This document shows positions 62,622 through 63,674 of a DNA stretch of 63,674 nt, in pieces. The stretch lies in the NCBI GenBank assembly GCA_000934665.2, contig JYFJ02002064.1:1-63674 (forward strand), written 5' to 3'. The stretch comes from Catajapyx aquilonaris (lineage: Eukaryota). Positions within the stretch are counted from its first letter, which is position 1. Each line of letters begins with the position of its first letter. The position numbers and the translations under genes were made by a program. The notes under the pieces are model-generated. The model saw only the letters and a list, made by a program, of their open reading frames with translations. It did no database searches and had not been told where the DNA came from.

Positions 62622-63570
62622 TGACACGGGCTCAAGGTCAAGGCACGAATATCTGTCATTCCGCCTACGGCATAACAAGAAACTTTACTTACGATATTAA
62701 TTGGCATTTAACACACACTTAAGTACCCTAAATATTATCACAGTTTATTGAAAACACGCGTCTAAATAAACCGCTAGAGAGTGGGCTAGGCAGCACGGGA
62801 ATCTATAAGGCAGTAGACTCCCTGGCGCCGGAAAGCCATTCAAAAGAGCCATTAGAGTCCGAGCGTGGTGAGAAGTACAAGCAACTTACCGCATCAATAT
62901 AACACGTTCATTTCGGGATGCAAGAATCAGGTCAATATTGCTGTGAAAACACCGAAGATGACATTCACGTGGTACAAACCCAACCCCAAACCGGGCACTA
63001 TAAAAGGAGGTCCGAGTCATAGAATAGAATCAGAAGCAGTAGAGTAGCAGAAGCAGAAAGTAAGCAGTAGCAGACAAACAGACAGGTAAGACATGTATAA
63101 AAAATTCCAGTTGCATTTATTTTACTTTTCATGCAACCATAGGTTGAAGTGTAATGGGCATGATTATGGTATACGGATGCAGGAGTAAATGTAGTCATTC
63201 CATTGTGTATTGTAGAAGATAAGCAGAATTGTAGAAGTTGTTGTTGAGGTAAAAATTTGTGGAAAAGAAGTATTATTGGACTTGTGAATTATGGATGCAG
63301 CTTATTATGTGTGCAATAGTGTACTGTAATGTTCTGATATAACAAAGAGCCTTACGTGGCTGCATTAAATAGGGTGCTTCAAATCATTCACTAAAATTAT
63401 TTATTCCGACGCAAATACCTCTACCTAACTTATATTCGAACCAGTACCTGCGTGGGTTCGACATATCGTCTGTATATGAAGGCCATTTAGATCACTTCTA
63501 ACTAAGGGCAAAAGTGGATGATGTTTAGTCTATTACACGCTATAGCAATAAACCCGTGTTATTCGTGTCA
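62622..63570 (+). mobile_element. Candidate solo LTR
   Basis: Termini TGACACG...CGTGTCA (TG..CA, 7-bp IR), TATAAAA at 62999 and AATAAA at 63547. No TSD is visible. Confidence 0.45.
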
Positions 63571-63674
63571 CCTATCACCTATACGCTAGTCTGACAAATT
63601 GGAAATTAATCCAGGAAAATTAAAAGATAACGGGTGTAGTGTTGCATTTCACCACAGTGATAATGCTGGCAAGG

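Overview
Eukaryotic, most likely arthropod, genomic DNA that is very rich in transposons. On the + strand, two TPR-encoding exons of a TMTC2-like O-mannosyltransferase gene (2916-3001, 16659-16903) splice in frame across a 13.7-kb intron. I could not find the next exon in the remaining 46.8 kb, so everything downstream may sit in one giant intron. That stretch holds an intact three-exon hAT transposase (641 aa) inside an apparently ~12-kb, heavily invaded hAT element, and an intronless divergent ionotropic receptor gene (- strand). It also holds an intron-containing ubiquilin pseudogene (-), an intact five-exon AAR2 gene (-) and a probable exon of an unidentified gene head-to-head with AAR2 (+). 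The rest is nested MITEs (Tc1/mariner-, PIF/Harbinger-, hAT- and piggyBac-like), long foldback palindromes (up to 2.4 kb), tRNA-derived SINEs, a non-autonomous Helitron and a candidate solo LTR. Two copies of a short element carry a highly structured head resembling the 5' UTR of RTE-clade LINEs. All calls come from manual reading and recall of family signatures; no database search was run. I found no clear-cut novel system. The best leads are the structured RTE-like RNA head, the intact transposase in a decayed element, and the nested-gene architecture.
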